A DNA stretch of 59,904 nucleotides, filler included. It is 6 parts of 6 records of this genome, joined end to end, with 100 filler letters (N's around TTAATTAATTAA, not from the genome) between each part and the next. Parts side by side here need not be neighbours in the genome. Positions count along the whole stretch, not along the records: positions 38,145 to 44,962 come from DRR723986_5557; positions 45,063 to 53,838 come from DRR723986_5560; 4 more parts are not named here. One strand, written 5' to 3'. Below, one piece after another: positions 39,671 through 48,638 of the stretch (position 1 is its first letter; each line of letters opens with the position of its first letter). The notes under the pieces were generated by a model. That model was not told the DNA's origin, made no database searches, and saw nothing but the letters and a program-made list of their open reading frames with translations. The translations under genes and the position numbers were made by a program.

Positions 39671-42304
39671 ATGTCAATCCGCGAATTAAAGGCGCGCGCC
39701 GATATTCTGGATGTGGCCGCGCGCCTGGGTATCGATGTAGACACGCGGACGCAAAAAGCTTTGTGTCCCTTCCATTCCGACAGCAGTCCAAGTTTGCAGT
39801 TCAGCCGTGAACGTCAGATCGCGACCTGTTTTAGCTCGCGTTGTGATGCGGGCACGATGGATGTGGTGGACCTGGTGGAGCGTCACAAGGGTGTTAACAC
39901 AGCGGATGCGGCCAAGTGGCTGGAAGGAGAACTGGGATTAACAGCACCGGTGACAAGCGCCATAACACCAGTAGTACCAAGCCTCAAGGCGAACGAGTCA
40001 CGGGCACTTGTCCTGGCAAAAGTCTGGAAGATGTTCCGATCGGGTATCTACAAAAGCGTGAAGGCGCGCGACTATGTGGCACAGCGTTGTTTAAGTGCCG
40101 ACGCACTTGAGATCGGTTATAACTCCGGCAGTTGGCATCAGGGCCGTTCGGCGGAACTACTGGACGCCGCAGTGGAGTGCGGCCTGTTAACACGGCGTTC
40201 GGGCAGCTATCAGGCGTTCGGCAAGGGTTCTCTGGTCTTTGCACTTAAACATCAGGACGGCACGCCGGGTGGTCTGTACTTCCGTCATGCGGGTCAGAAA
40301 GACGATCCGCATCTTTATCTGAAAAACCGCTCCGGCCTGTATCCGCAGTATCCGGACGCGGGCAGCAAACGCCTTTTACTCACTGAAAGTGTGGTTGATG
40401 CGGCAACGCTGTTAATGCATCCGGCGATCACGCGGCAGTATGCAGTCCTGGCCTTGTACGGCACGAATGGATTTACAGCGGAACATGCCGAGGCCATTAA
40501 AGAGCTGAAGCAGCTCGAAGAAGTTATCCTGGCGATGGACGGTGACGCCAGCGGCCGTGCGGCGATTGAAAAGGTCGGTCGTCAGTTGCATGACCTTCAG
40601 CCGGATATTACGATCAGCGCAGTAAACATGCCGGACGGTGAGGATGTTAACAGCTTTGCCGTGGGGCAGGGGATGGACGCCTTAGAGCTGTTATTGCAAG
40701 ATCGGCGCAGTCTGTTTACATCGGAGAACAGCGGGTTAACAGCCGGTAAGACTTTATTGGAAGTCCCCACTGAACAAGTAGCAGATCCTCCGACTGAAGA
40801 TAAAAGTGTGCTCGATGCCAGTGATCCGGGACGGATTGTTTATCGCAGCGGCGCGGCGGAGTACACGGTGCTTGGCGGTGTTCCGGATGATGCCTCGACA
40901 CTTAAAGTCACGCTTGCAATCGAGCATCCGGCCTCGTATCGCAAGAGTCGTCAGCGCGTGGATCTGTTCGAGGATCGTCAGATTAAACGTGCGGCGAAGG
41001 ACGCCGGTCTGCGTCTGGACCTTGCGGTGCGGAGCATTGAGGAGGACCTGCACCAGCTGGCGGACATACTTGATACCCGCCGCCGGAGCCGCCGCACGGG
41101 CGATGCGCGCGAACGAGTGGCCGTGCCTTCCGGCGCACGTGGTGCCTGTCTTGACTTCCTGCAGGCGCCGGATCTGTCTGGCAGGTTAAACAGCCTTATC
41201 GGTTCCTCGGGTGTTGTCGGAGAAGAAATCCCGCGTCTGTTCCTGTTTATGATCGCGCTGAGTTACAAAATGCCGGAGCCGCTTCACGCCTTGCTTCAGG
41301 GCACGAGCGGTTCGGGTAAAACGCACCTGTTAACGGGCGTGTCAAATCTGATGCCTGCCGAAGACGTGCTCCTGTTAACCCGTGTGACGGAACACAGTCT
41401 GTACAACCACGACGAGAACTTTTTGCGTCACCGGCTGCTGTGTCTTGAAGACCTCGACGGTTTAAAGGAAGAAGCGCTCTACGCCCTGCGCGAGTTGCAG
41501 TCGCGCGGCTCGCTGACAAGTTCAACGAGCGTGCGCGGCACTGACGGCAAGATCCGCGCGGCGATGCGCACGGTGCGCGGCCCGATCGCGAGTCTGGCGG
41601 CAACGACGCATGGCGAGTTGTACGAAGACAATATGAGCCGCTGTTTTTTGGTTGCCGTTGACGAGTCGGAAGAACAAACGCGGCGCGTACTGGAGTATCA
41701 GAATAACCGTGCCGGTGGTCTGATCGATCTTGAAGCCGTTAAACGCACACGCGAGTTCATCCAGAACTGCGTGCGTCTGCTTGAGCCCGTCCAGGTTGTT
41801 AACCCCTATGCCGGGCGTGTGGTCCTGCCGCCGGAAGCGCAGGCCCTGCGCCGCTTAAACGACTTGTATCAGCGTCTGATTGCGCAGGTTGTGATGCTTC
41901 ATCAATATCAGCGCGCGCGTGACGCGCGTGGCGCATTTATCGCCACACCGGCGGATCTGCGTCTGGCCTGCGAGCTCATGTTCGAAAGTGTGGTGATGAA
42001 AATAGATGATTTACCTGTTGACCTGCGCCGGTTTTATGAGCAACTTCAAAGGTGGCTTGAAACGCGTGGTGATAGCGGCCAGACCTTTGGTCGCCGTGAA
42101 ATGCGTGAGGACTTGCGCATCAGCCGCAGCGGTCAACACCGCATGTTAACTGGGCTCGTGGCCTTTGAACGCCTTGAGATTACTGCCGGTGCCTCTCGCC
42201 GAGCCAACCGCTACCGGTTAAGTGATCCGGACTACTACGCGGCCTCACGCAAGCGTGTATATGCCGATCTCCGCAGGCAGATTGATAATCTCGGTAGCGA
42301 ATAA
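39671..42304 (+). CDS. CHC2 zinc finger-Toprim primase fused to a P-loop NTPase (primase/helicase)
   Basis: CPFHSDSSPS...CFSSRC; Toprim TESVVDAATL, MDGDASG, EDVN; Walker A QGTSGSGKT and Walker B LCLED. Confidence 0.88.
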   Translation: MSIRELKARADILDVAARLGIDVDTRTQKALCPFHSDSSPSLQFSRERQIATCFSSRCDAGTMDVVDLVERHKGVNTADAAKWLEGELGLTAPVTSAITPVVPSLKANESRALVLAKVWKMFRSGIYKSVKARDYVAQRCLSADALEIGYNSGSWHQGRSAELLDAAVECGLLTRRSGSYQAFGKGSLVFALKHQDGTPGGLYFRHAGQKDDPHLYLKNRSGLYPQYPDAGSKRLLLTESVVDAATLLMHPAITRQYAVLALYGTNGFTAEHAEAIKELKQLEEVILAMDGDASGRAAIEKVGRQLHDLQPDITISAVNMPDGEDVNSFAVGQGMDALELLLQDRRSLFTSENSGLTAGKTLLEVPTEQVADPPTEDKSVLDASDPGRIVYRSGAAEYTVLGGVPDDASTLKVTLAIEHPASYRKSRQRVDLFEDRQIKRAAKDAGLRLDLAVRSIEEDLHQLADILDTRRRSRRTGDARERVAVPSGARGACLDFLQAPDLSGRLNSLIGSSGVVGEEIPRLFLFMIALSYKMPEPLHALLQGTSGSGKTHLLTGVSNLMPAEDVLLLTRVTEHSLYNHDENFLRHRLLCLEDLDGLKEEALYALRELQSRGSLTSSTSVRGTDGKIRAAMRTVRGPIASLAATTHGELYEDNMSRCFLVAVDESEEQTRRVLEYQNNRAGGLIDLEAVKRTREFIQNCVRLLEPVQVVNPYAGRVVLPPEAQALRRLNDLYQRLIAQVVMLHQYQRARDARGAFIATPADLRLACELMFESVVMKIDDLPVDLRRFYEQLQRWLETRGDSGQTFGRREMREDLRISRSGQHRMLTGLVAFERLEITAGASRRANRYRLSDPDYYAASRKRVYADLRRQIDNLGSE

Positions 42305-42308
42305 AACA

Positions 42309-42471
42309 AACTGTTCCAGGGGTCTGGAACAGTTAACGCCATAAGAATCAAGCACTTACATTATCACCAAAGTTTAAGAAGTGAAAAGTTGGAACAGATC
42401 GGGCGGTTTTGTGCACCCGTTTGGAACAGGTAAGTCTATGATTTATATGCGTTTAAGCCCAACTGTTCCAG
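42309..42471. repeat. iteron-like TGGAACAG repeats, putative replication origin
   Basis: AACTGTTCCAG-GGGT-CTGGAACAGTT palindrome (42309-42334); further copies near 42390, 42422 and inverted at 42463; AT-rich spacers. Confidence 0.65.
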
Positions 42472-42511
42472 AATTTTTAAAAGTGTGTAGACGGTGAGCT
42501 TTTTTGTGGCC

Positions 42512-43372
42512 ATGAACATCGAACACCACTTGCGCGGCTTTAACGCCGATTTGCACTGGCGCGGCCTGAATCCTGTGACCTGCTCGCAGCACGTCGCGTC
42601 CGCACGTGAGCTCCTCGAATGGCTTGCCGCGCACGCAGTACATCGTCTTGAAGATGTTAATCGTTCCATTCTTGATGCGCACGTCGCGTGGCTGTGGCAA
42701 CGTCCGAACCGTCGTCTTGGTGGTCATCTGTCTGTCAGCACGATCCGCGGTCATGTACTGGGCCTGCGGTCGTTCTTTGCGTGGCTGGAGCGCTCCGGCG
42801 TGTTAACAGAAAACCCAGCCTCGACGCTTGCCCTGCCAACGATGCCGCCCGTCCCTGCGCGTGTTGCATTAACAGCCGATGAGATCGCGCGTCTGCGCGC
42901 CAGGTGCCAAAACCCGACCGATCGCGCGCTTCTTGCGGTGTTCTACGGCTGTGGTCTGCGGCGCGCCGAAGGCGCGGCGCTCGACACTGCGGATGTAGAT
43001 GTTGAGCGCGGTCTGCTTCATGTACGGCGCGGCAAGGGCGGCAAGCCGCGCTCGGTGCCGATGAGCGCCGGCGTTCAGCGTGACCTGGCGGATCTGTTGT
43101 GGCGCCATCGTCCGGACGGTCAGACGGCTCTGTTTGTGAACCTGCGCGGTGATCGTCTGAGCGCCAATCGCATGTACGCGCTTGTTAAACAACTGGCACG
43201 GCGTGCGCGAATAACGAGCGTTGTCACGCTCCACGGCCTGCGGCATGCCGTGGCGACACACCTGCTTCAGCGCGGTTTAACACTTGAACAGGTGCGTGAC
43301 TTTTTAGGTCACAGTTCGATCGAGGCCACGCGTATCTATACGCACGGTCTGCCTGCGGAGCCGCAGGAATGA
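42512..43372 (+). CDS. tyrosine recombinase (XerC/D-like) with intact catalytic residues
   Basis: YGCGLRRAE (R), RGKGGK (K), HGLRH (HxxR), LGHSS (H) and TRIYTH (Y). Confidence 0.9.
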   Translation: MNIEHHLRGFNADLHWRGLNPVTCSQHVASARELLEWLAAHAVHRLEDVNRSILDAHVAWLWQRPNRRLGGHLSVSTIRGHVLGLRSFFAWLERSGVLTENPASTLALPTMPPVPARVALTADEIARLRARCQNPTDRALLAVFYGCGLRRAEGAALDTADVDVERGLLHVRRGKGGKPRSVPMSAGVQRDLADLLWRHRPDGQTALFVNLRGDRLSANRMYALVKQLARRARITSVVTLHGLRHAVATHLLQRGLTLEQVRDFLGHSSIEATRIYTHGLPAEPQE

Positions 43373-44220
43373 CACTGGATGAATGGTTAAGCGCTCGCTA
43401 TGCGGCCTCGACGGCCAAAGCCTACCGGCGTGTCATCGACATGTGGTTGAGTCGTATCGGTCGGAAACACGCGCCGGACGCGGTCTACAACGACGTGGCC
43501 GCGTGGATCGGCAGTCTGCGTGAGCAGACGCCCAATCCGGCGAGTCTGCGTGTGTATGTACACGGCCTGCGTGCCTATTACACCTGGCTTGTTGAAATGG
43601 GACATCGCAGGGATGACCCGACGCGTTCGCTCATTGCCGGACGTGTGAGTCGCCACGTGCACCTGCCAGACCTGTTAACAGCGGCGGAAGTGCGGCGCCT
43701 GCGCGCGCATGCCGCAGAACTGGAGCCTCGTCTGCGCGTTACACTTGAGCTGTTGACATACAGCGCATTAACAAGCCGCGAGATCAGTCTGCTGACAACT
43801 GAAAACGTTAACCTGGAAGCCGGCACAATCGATGTTCCGGCGACGGGCCGCACCGAAGCGCGGCAACTGAAACTCACCGGCGTACAGCACAATCACCTGG
43901 TAAACTACCTTGAAGAAGCCAGGCCTGCTCTGCTCTCAGCGCCAACTGAAAAACTCTTGTTAACATCCCGCGGCACGCCGCTCACAGTTGACGGCATCCA
44001 TCACCAGGTCACACGTCTGCGCTCGATCTTGCCGGGAAGAAAATTAACGCCAACCCTGATCCGCCAGTCGGTGATTGCGATGATGTTAAGTAGCGGCACC
44101 GAGTTACGTTCCGTTCAGCTCTTTGCCGGACACCGCTATCCCAGCTCCACCGAACGCTACCGATTTACGAACCTGGCCGAACTACGCGCGGCAGTGACGC
44201 AGTTCCATCCGATGGAATAG
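43369..44220 (+). CDS. second tyrosine recombinase with degenerate active-site motifs
   Basis: SAM-like N-terminus; YSALTSRE replaces GLR; PTLIRQS replaces HxxRH; FAGH...STERY retained. Confidence 0.8.
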   Translation: MTLDEWLSARYAASTAKAYRRVIDMWLSRIGRKHAPDAVYNDVAAWIGSLREQTPNPASLRVYVHGLRAYYTWLVEMGHRRDDPTRSLIAGRVSRHVHLPDLLTAAEVRRLRAHAAELEPRLRVTLELLTYSALTSREISLLTTENVNLEAGTIDVPATGRTEARQLKLTGVQHNHLVNYLEEARPALLSAPTEKLLLTSRGTPLTVDGIHHQVTRLRSILPGRKLTPTLIRQSVIAMMLSSGTELRSVQLFAGHRYPSSTERYRFTNLAELRAAVTQFHPME

Positions 44221-44306
44221 GCGCAGATACACTCGGCGCGGTTCAGGGTCGTTGTATCTGTCATTGATTAGAAGTTCTTACGAACAAATCCAACGTGGTG
44301 TTTATC

Positions 44307-44513
44307 ATGAGAAAAGTACTATTGCATCGCGCCGAAGAAGGTGGCTGGGTTGTCACCTGTCCCTCGCTTCCCGGCTGTGTGAGCGAAGGAGAAACCAAGG
44401 ACGAGGCACTGGCCAATATCCGCGAGGCGATCGACCTTTATATTGAAGATATGATCGCCGATGGCGAACCGGTTCCCGAGGACTGGGGCGAAACTCTTCT
44501 GGTAGCGGTATGA
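44307..44513 (+). CDS. hicB: HicB-family antitoxin (short form)
   Basis: EEGGWVVTCPSLPGCVSEGETKDEALANIREAI. Confidence 0.88.
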   Translation: MRKVLLHRAEEGGWVVTCPSLPGCVSEGETKDEALANIREAIDLYIEDMIADGEPVPEDWGETLLVAV

Positions 44514-44731
44514 GCCATATTCCGGTGATCAGTGGCCGTAAATGTGTCAAGGCTCTTGAGAAAATCGGCTTTGTCTTCAAGCGACAGCGTGGCAGTCACA
44601 TGATCCTGAAACGCCCAAATCCACCCTGCCGGGTATCGGTCCCGGATCACAAGGCCATGAAAACCGGAACGTTGTATACGATTATCAAAGAAGCCGGATT
44701 AACTGTTGAGCAGTTCAAAGAACTCCTGTGA
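44510..44731 (+). CDS. hicA: HicA-family mRNA interferase toxin
   Basis: KALEKIGFVFKRQRGSHMIL...VPDH...GTLYTIIKEAGL. Confidence 0.9.
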   Translation: MSHIPVISGRKCVKALEKIGFVFKRQRGSHMILKRPNPPCRVSVPDHKAMKTGTLYTIIKEAGLTVEQFKELL

Positions 44732-44854
44732 CCCTCCAGGGTTCAGTTTACGTTACATTCTGACGTGTTAACACCCAACAACAAACCTCCGAACCACAAA
44801 CCGAAAGCCTGGGCACGCCACTCATCAGGCCACTTCCGTCGTGGACCTTCCACT

Positions 44855-44962
44855 CCGTCCGGGCCATCTTCGCGCCGTGGCCGCCGCCGGGCGAAAGAGC
44901 CAAAAGTGTTAAGCCATTGTATCCCGACGCTTGCGCATCGCTGTTACATAATGTGGCCTTAT
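44855..44962 (-). repeat. right terminal inverted repeat
   Basis: TCGCTGTTACATAATGTGGCCTTAT (44938-44962) is the reverse complement of the left end. Confidence 0.9.
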
Positions 44963-45062
44963 NNNNNNNNNNNNNNNNNNNNNNNNNNNNNNNNNNNNNN
45001 NNNNNNTTAATTAATTAANNNNNNNNNNNNNNNNNNNNNNNNNNNNNNNNNNNNNNNNNNNN
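44963..45062. other. artificial contig join
   Basis: N run + TTAATTAATTAA. Confidence 0.98.
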
Positions 45063-45668
45063 GATCTGTTCCATGTTGCGCTGTGCGTTCGCAGGCAGCC
45101 AGCCATCGGTGTAGGCTTCGCCCACGATCTCGATGTCACCGGCGTCAATTGCGGCTTGCAGGACTTCCTGCTGACCGCCGCGCAGGAAGTCTGCGTTCGG
45201 GTCAGTGGGCGAGCCCTTGATCATGACGTAACGACCGGTCGGCGCTGCTTCCAGAACCGCGCGGGCCTGCATCCGGCCCACTTCGACGTTGTCAAAGGTC
45301 AGGTAGAAGGCACGGGGGTCTTCGATCAGACGGTCATAGGCGATGACCGGGATGCCTTCGTCGGCGGCGGCCTGAACGGCCGGGCCAATGGCTGCTGCGT
45401 CCTGCGCCAGGATGATCAGGGCATCAACGCCCTGAGCGATCAGGCTTTCGATATCGGACAGCTGCTTGGATGCGGACGACTGAGCGTCGGCCGAAATATA
45501 TTCCGCGCCAGCGGCTTCCAGCGCGGCAACGATAGCCGCTTCGTCGGTTGCCCAACGTTCTTCCTGGAAGTTGGACCAGCTGACACCAACGGTGATGTCC
45601 TGCGCAAAGGCAGCGGTGGTCATGGTTGCCGCAAACACCGTTGCTGCGGCTGCTTTCAGAAACTTCAT
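45063..45668 (-). CDS. xylF: D-xylose ABC transporter substrate-binding protein (3' truncated)
   Basis: VGVSWSNFQEERW, IAYDRLI, TFDNVEVG and KGSPTDPNA; located in a xylA/xylB cluster. Confidence 0.88.
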
Positions 45669-45739
45669 GCTTTCCTCCCTGTGATACCTGGTCAGGGCCC
45701 GCTTGACCGAGTCCCGCCATGTATTCTTCTCCTAGCATT

Positions 45740-45843
45740 ATTTTTTTCAAAGATCAAATTAAATGATGAGACTTTCCCGAAGACAGCCTAGGTTCTGCAA
45801 AACAACACCACGCTTGATGATTTATTTTTTTTGGTGAATTATA
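45740..45843. promoter_or_regulatory. two AT-rich ROK-type operator-like sites between xylF and xylR
   Basis: ATTTTTT-N9-AAATTAA and TTTATTT-N9-AATTATA; a similar site lies upstream of xylB. Confidence 0.4.
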
Positions 45844-45859
45844 CCTGTGGGAGGACATT

Positions 45860-47077
45860 TTGGCAGGACATCACCGCACATCACTCGCGAATGATCAGCG
45901 TGAAAACGGGCGCCAGCAGGTGTTCGAAGCGATTCGGCAAGCCGGTCGAATCGCCCGAATCGACATCGCCCGCGACACTCAGGTCAGTCCCGCCACGGTC
46001 ACGGCCATAACTTCGGAACTTCTGACTGCCGGTCTTATAGAAGAAATCACCCCCGAAAGCGACCGATCCGGTGCCAAGCGTGGCCGCCCGAGGGTAGCGC
46101 TCAAGGTGCGCGGTGCGGCGCATCTGATTGCGGGAATCAAGATCTCTGACCGCTCGGCCACAGTGATTCTGGTGGATTTCGAGGGCCAGACTGTTGGCGA
46201 GTACGATCACGAACTGCCCGGCCCGGTGATGTCGGCCGAGGAAATGGTCACCCTTGTGAAACAGGCTTTGGCCGGGGCATGCGCGGCGGCGGGACGCACG
46301 ATCTCCGAGGTGTCGGGCGTCGGGCTCGGCTTGGCGGGGTTGATCGACGCCAATCGGAATTTCGTGCATTGGTCGCCGTCGCTCGATCAGCGGAACGTTG
46401 AACTGGGGCGTATGCTGTCGGACGTGATGCCGGTTCCGTTCTTCATGGACAACGACGCCAATCTGGTCGCAAAGGCCGAGCAACTGTTTGGCGAGGCCCG
46501 CAATGTATCCGATTTCATCGTCATCACCATCGAACAGGGCGTCGGCATGGGAATCGTCATCGACGGGCGCATCTATCGCGGCGAACGTGGGTGCGGGGCG
46601 GAATTCGGTCACACAAAGGTGCAACTCGACGGGGCGCTCTGCCGCTGCGGCCAACGCGGCTGCCTTGAAGCCTATGTCGGCGACTACGCCTTGCTGCGCG
46701 AGGCCAATATCCGTGGCAGCGCGCAGCCAGAGGATGATCTGTCGGTCCTCTACGCCCGTGCCAAGGCTGGCGATGCAATGGCCAGGTCCATTTTTGACCG
46801 TGCGGGCAGGATGTTTGCCATGGGTCTGGCGAATGTGATCAATATCTTCGACCCGAGCCTGGTGATCCTGTCAGGTGAGCAAATGTCCTTCGACTTCCTC
46901 TATTCTTCTGATGTGCTGAACAAGGTGAAATCCTCGGTCGTGCAGGTCGACGCGCCTCTACCCGAAATCCGGGTGCATAAATGGGGTGATCTGATGTGGG
47001 CCAAGGGCGCCGCCGCCTGCGCGATGGAGGGGGTTTCGGAACTGACCATCCGCAACCTCGGCGCCGATGCGGCCTGA
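45860..47077 (+). CDS. xylR: ROK family transcriptional regulator (XylR)
   Basis: N-terminal wHTH (VSPATVTAITSEL, RGRP); DNDAN, EFGH and CRCGQRGCLE. Confidence 0.85.
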   Translation: MAGHHRTSLANDQRENGRQQVFEAIRQAGRIARIDIARDTQVSPATVTAITSELLTAGLIEEITPESDRSGAKRGRPRVALKVRGAAHLIAGIKISDRSATVILVDFEGQTVGEYDHELPGPVMSAEEMVTLVKQALAGACAAAGRTISEVSGVGLGLAGLIDANRNFVHWSPSLDQRNVELGRMLSDVMPVPFFMDNDANLVAKAEQLFGEARNVSDFIVITIEQGVGMGIVIDGRIYRGERGCGAEFGHTKVQLDGALCRCGQRGCLEAYVGDYALLREANIRGSAQPEDDLSVLYARAKAGDAMARSIFDRAGRMFAMGLANVINIFDPSLVILSGEQMSFDFLYSSDVLNKVKSSVVQVDAPLPEIRVHKWGDLMWAKGAAACAMEGVSELTIRNLGADAA

Positions 47078-48578
47078 TCTGTGCCTGACGGCCCTGCTGG
47101 TTGCATCTGCCCCGGCAGCGGCCGATCCGCTCTTTGAACCGCGCCCGATCGCAGCACACAGCTATGAAGGCGGGTGGGAACATTTCGTGGGCGGCGGTGT
47201 TGCGGCTTTCGACTGCAACGGGGATGCCTTGCCAGAGCTGTTCGCGGCGGGCGGCGAGGCACCGGCGCAACTGTTCCTCAACCGCTCATCCCCCCAAGGC
47301 GAATTGGCGTTCGATGCGGTGGACAGCACCCTGTCCCTGACAGGCGTCATCGGGGCCTACCCGCTTGATATCGACAGCGACGGGGTGATGGACCTCGCCG
47401 TTCTGCGGGTCGGTGAAAACACCCTGATGCGCGGGTTGGGCGATTGCCAGTTTGTGCCCTTTGACGGGATCGGATTTCAGACCGACGCGCGCTGGACCAC
47501 CGCCTTTTCCGCAACATGGGAGGCAGGGCAGAGCCTGCCGACGCTGGCCTTCGGCAACTACGTCGACCGAACCGACCCGGATGGTCCGTTCGAAGCCTGC
47601 GACATCAACCAGCTGTATCGCCCCGAGGGCAATGGCTATGCCCCGCCCCTGCCGCTGGAGCCCGGCTTTTGCGCGCTGTCGATGCTGTTCACCGACTGGG
47701 GCAGACAAGGCCGCGCCGATCTGCGGGTGTCGAACGACCGTCATTACTATGTGCGCGGCGGCGAGGAACAGATGTGGGCGATGGACCTGTTGCCCCGCCT
47801 CTATGGCCCCGTCGATGGCTGGAACAGCCACCTCTTGTGGGGCATGGGCATCGCCTCGCGCGATCTGGATGGCGATGGACTGTCCGAGGTCTACCTGACC
47901 TCGATGGGGGATCAGCGGTTGCAGGTGCTCGCACCCGGCGGCGGCCCCACCTATGCCGACGCCCCCTATGAAAGCGGCGCCACTGCGCACCGGCCCTATA
48001 CGGGCGGCGACGGACGACCCTCGACCGGCTGGCACGCGGTGTTTGGCGATGTGGACAATGATGGCTGGTCCGATTTGTTCGTCGCCAAGGGCAATGTCGA
48101 ACAGATGCCGGGCAGCGCGATGGACGACCCCAACAACCTGTTGATGGGCGGCACCGACGGGATTTTCCGTGAAATGGGATTGCAGGCCGGTATAGCCAGC
48201 CTGCACCGCAGCCGGGGCGCGGCACTGATGGACATGAACAGGGATGGCTTGCTGGATCTTGCGGTTCTCAACCGCCACGCGCCGATGGAGCTGTATCAGA
48301 ATGTGACCGAGGCAGCGGGAAACTGGCTGTTGGTCGAGGTATCGCAGCACGGCGCCAACCCAGATGCCGTGGGCGCGTTTGTCGAACTGCAATCTGATAC
48401 ACGGATCTGGACACAGGAAATCACTATCGGCGGTGGACATGCGGGCGGCGTGACCGGGCCGCTGCATTTCGGTCTGGGCGCGGTGGACAGGGTAGAGATG
48501 CGGGTGATCTGGCCGAATGGCGAAACCGGCGACTGGCAGGCCGTCTCGGTCAATCAAGTGATCCCCGTCACGCGTTGA
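47067..48578 (+). CDS. secreted CRTAC1/ASPIC-UnbV family protein with FG-GAP-like repeats
   Basis: Signal peptide; repeated DxDxDG motifs (DCNGD, DIDSDG, DLDGDG, DVDNDG, DMNRDG); C-terminal LHFGLG...VIWPNG. Confidence 0.8.
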   Translation: MRPDLCLTALLVASAPAAADPLFEPRPIAAHSYEGGWEHFVGGGVAAFDCNGDALPELFAAGGEAPAQLFLNRSSPQGELAFDAVDSTLSLTGVIGAYPLDIDSDGVMDLAVLRVGENTLMRGLGDCQFVPFDGIGFQTDARWTTAFSATWEAGQSLPTLAFGNYVDRTDPDGPFEACDINQLYRPEGNGYAPPLPLEPGFCALSMLFTDWGRQGRADLRVSNDRHYYVRGGEEQMWAMDLLPRLYGPVDGWNSHLLWGMGIASRDLDGDGLSEVYLTSMGDQRLQVLAPGGGPTYADAPYESGATAHRPYTGGDGRPSTGWHAVFGDVDNDGWSDLFVAKGNVEQMPGSAMDDPNNLLMGGTDGIFREMGLQAGIASLHRSRGAALMDMNRDGLLDLAVLNRHAPMELYQNVTEAAGNWLLVEVSQHGANPDAVGAFVELQSDTRIWTQEITIGGGHAGGVTGPLHFGLGAVDRVEMRVIWPNGETGDWQAVSVNQVIPVTR

Positions 48579-48638
48579 TTCAGGATCGAAGAACGGATTT
48601 TGAAAATCCGTGACGCCGCCGCGCGGCGGCGTCCAGCG

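Larger units (their letters stand above)
38150..44962. mobile_element. 6.8-kb integrative element: XRE / SymE x2 / primase-helicase / two tyrosine recombinases / HicBA, bounded by inverted repeats
   Basis: Gene content, terminal inverted repeats at both contig ends, and composition unlike the other contigs. Confidence 0.85.

Noticed and set aside
44800-44835. CTGATGAG on the minus strand near the right terminus, suggesting a hammerhead ribozyme
   Set aside because: No correctly placed GAAA after a stem II on that strand
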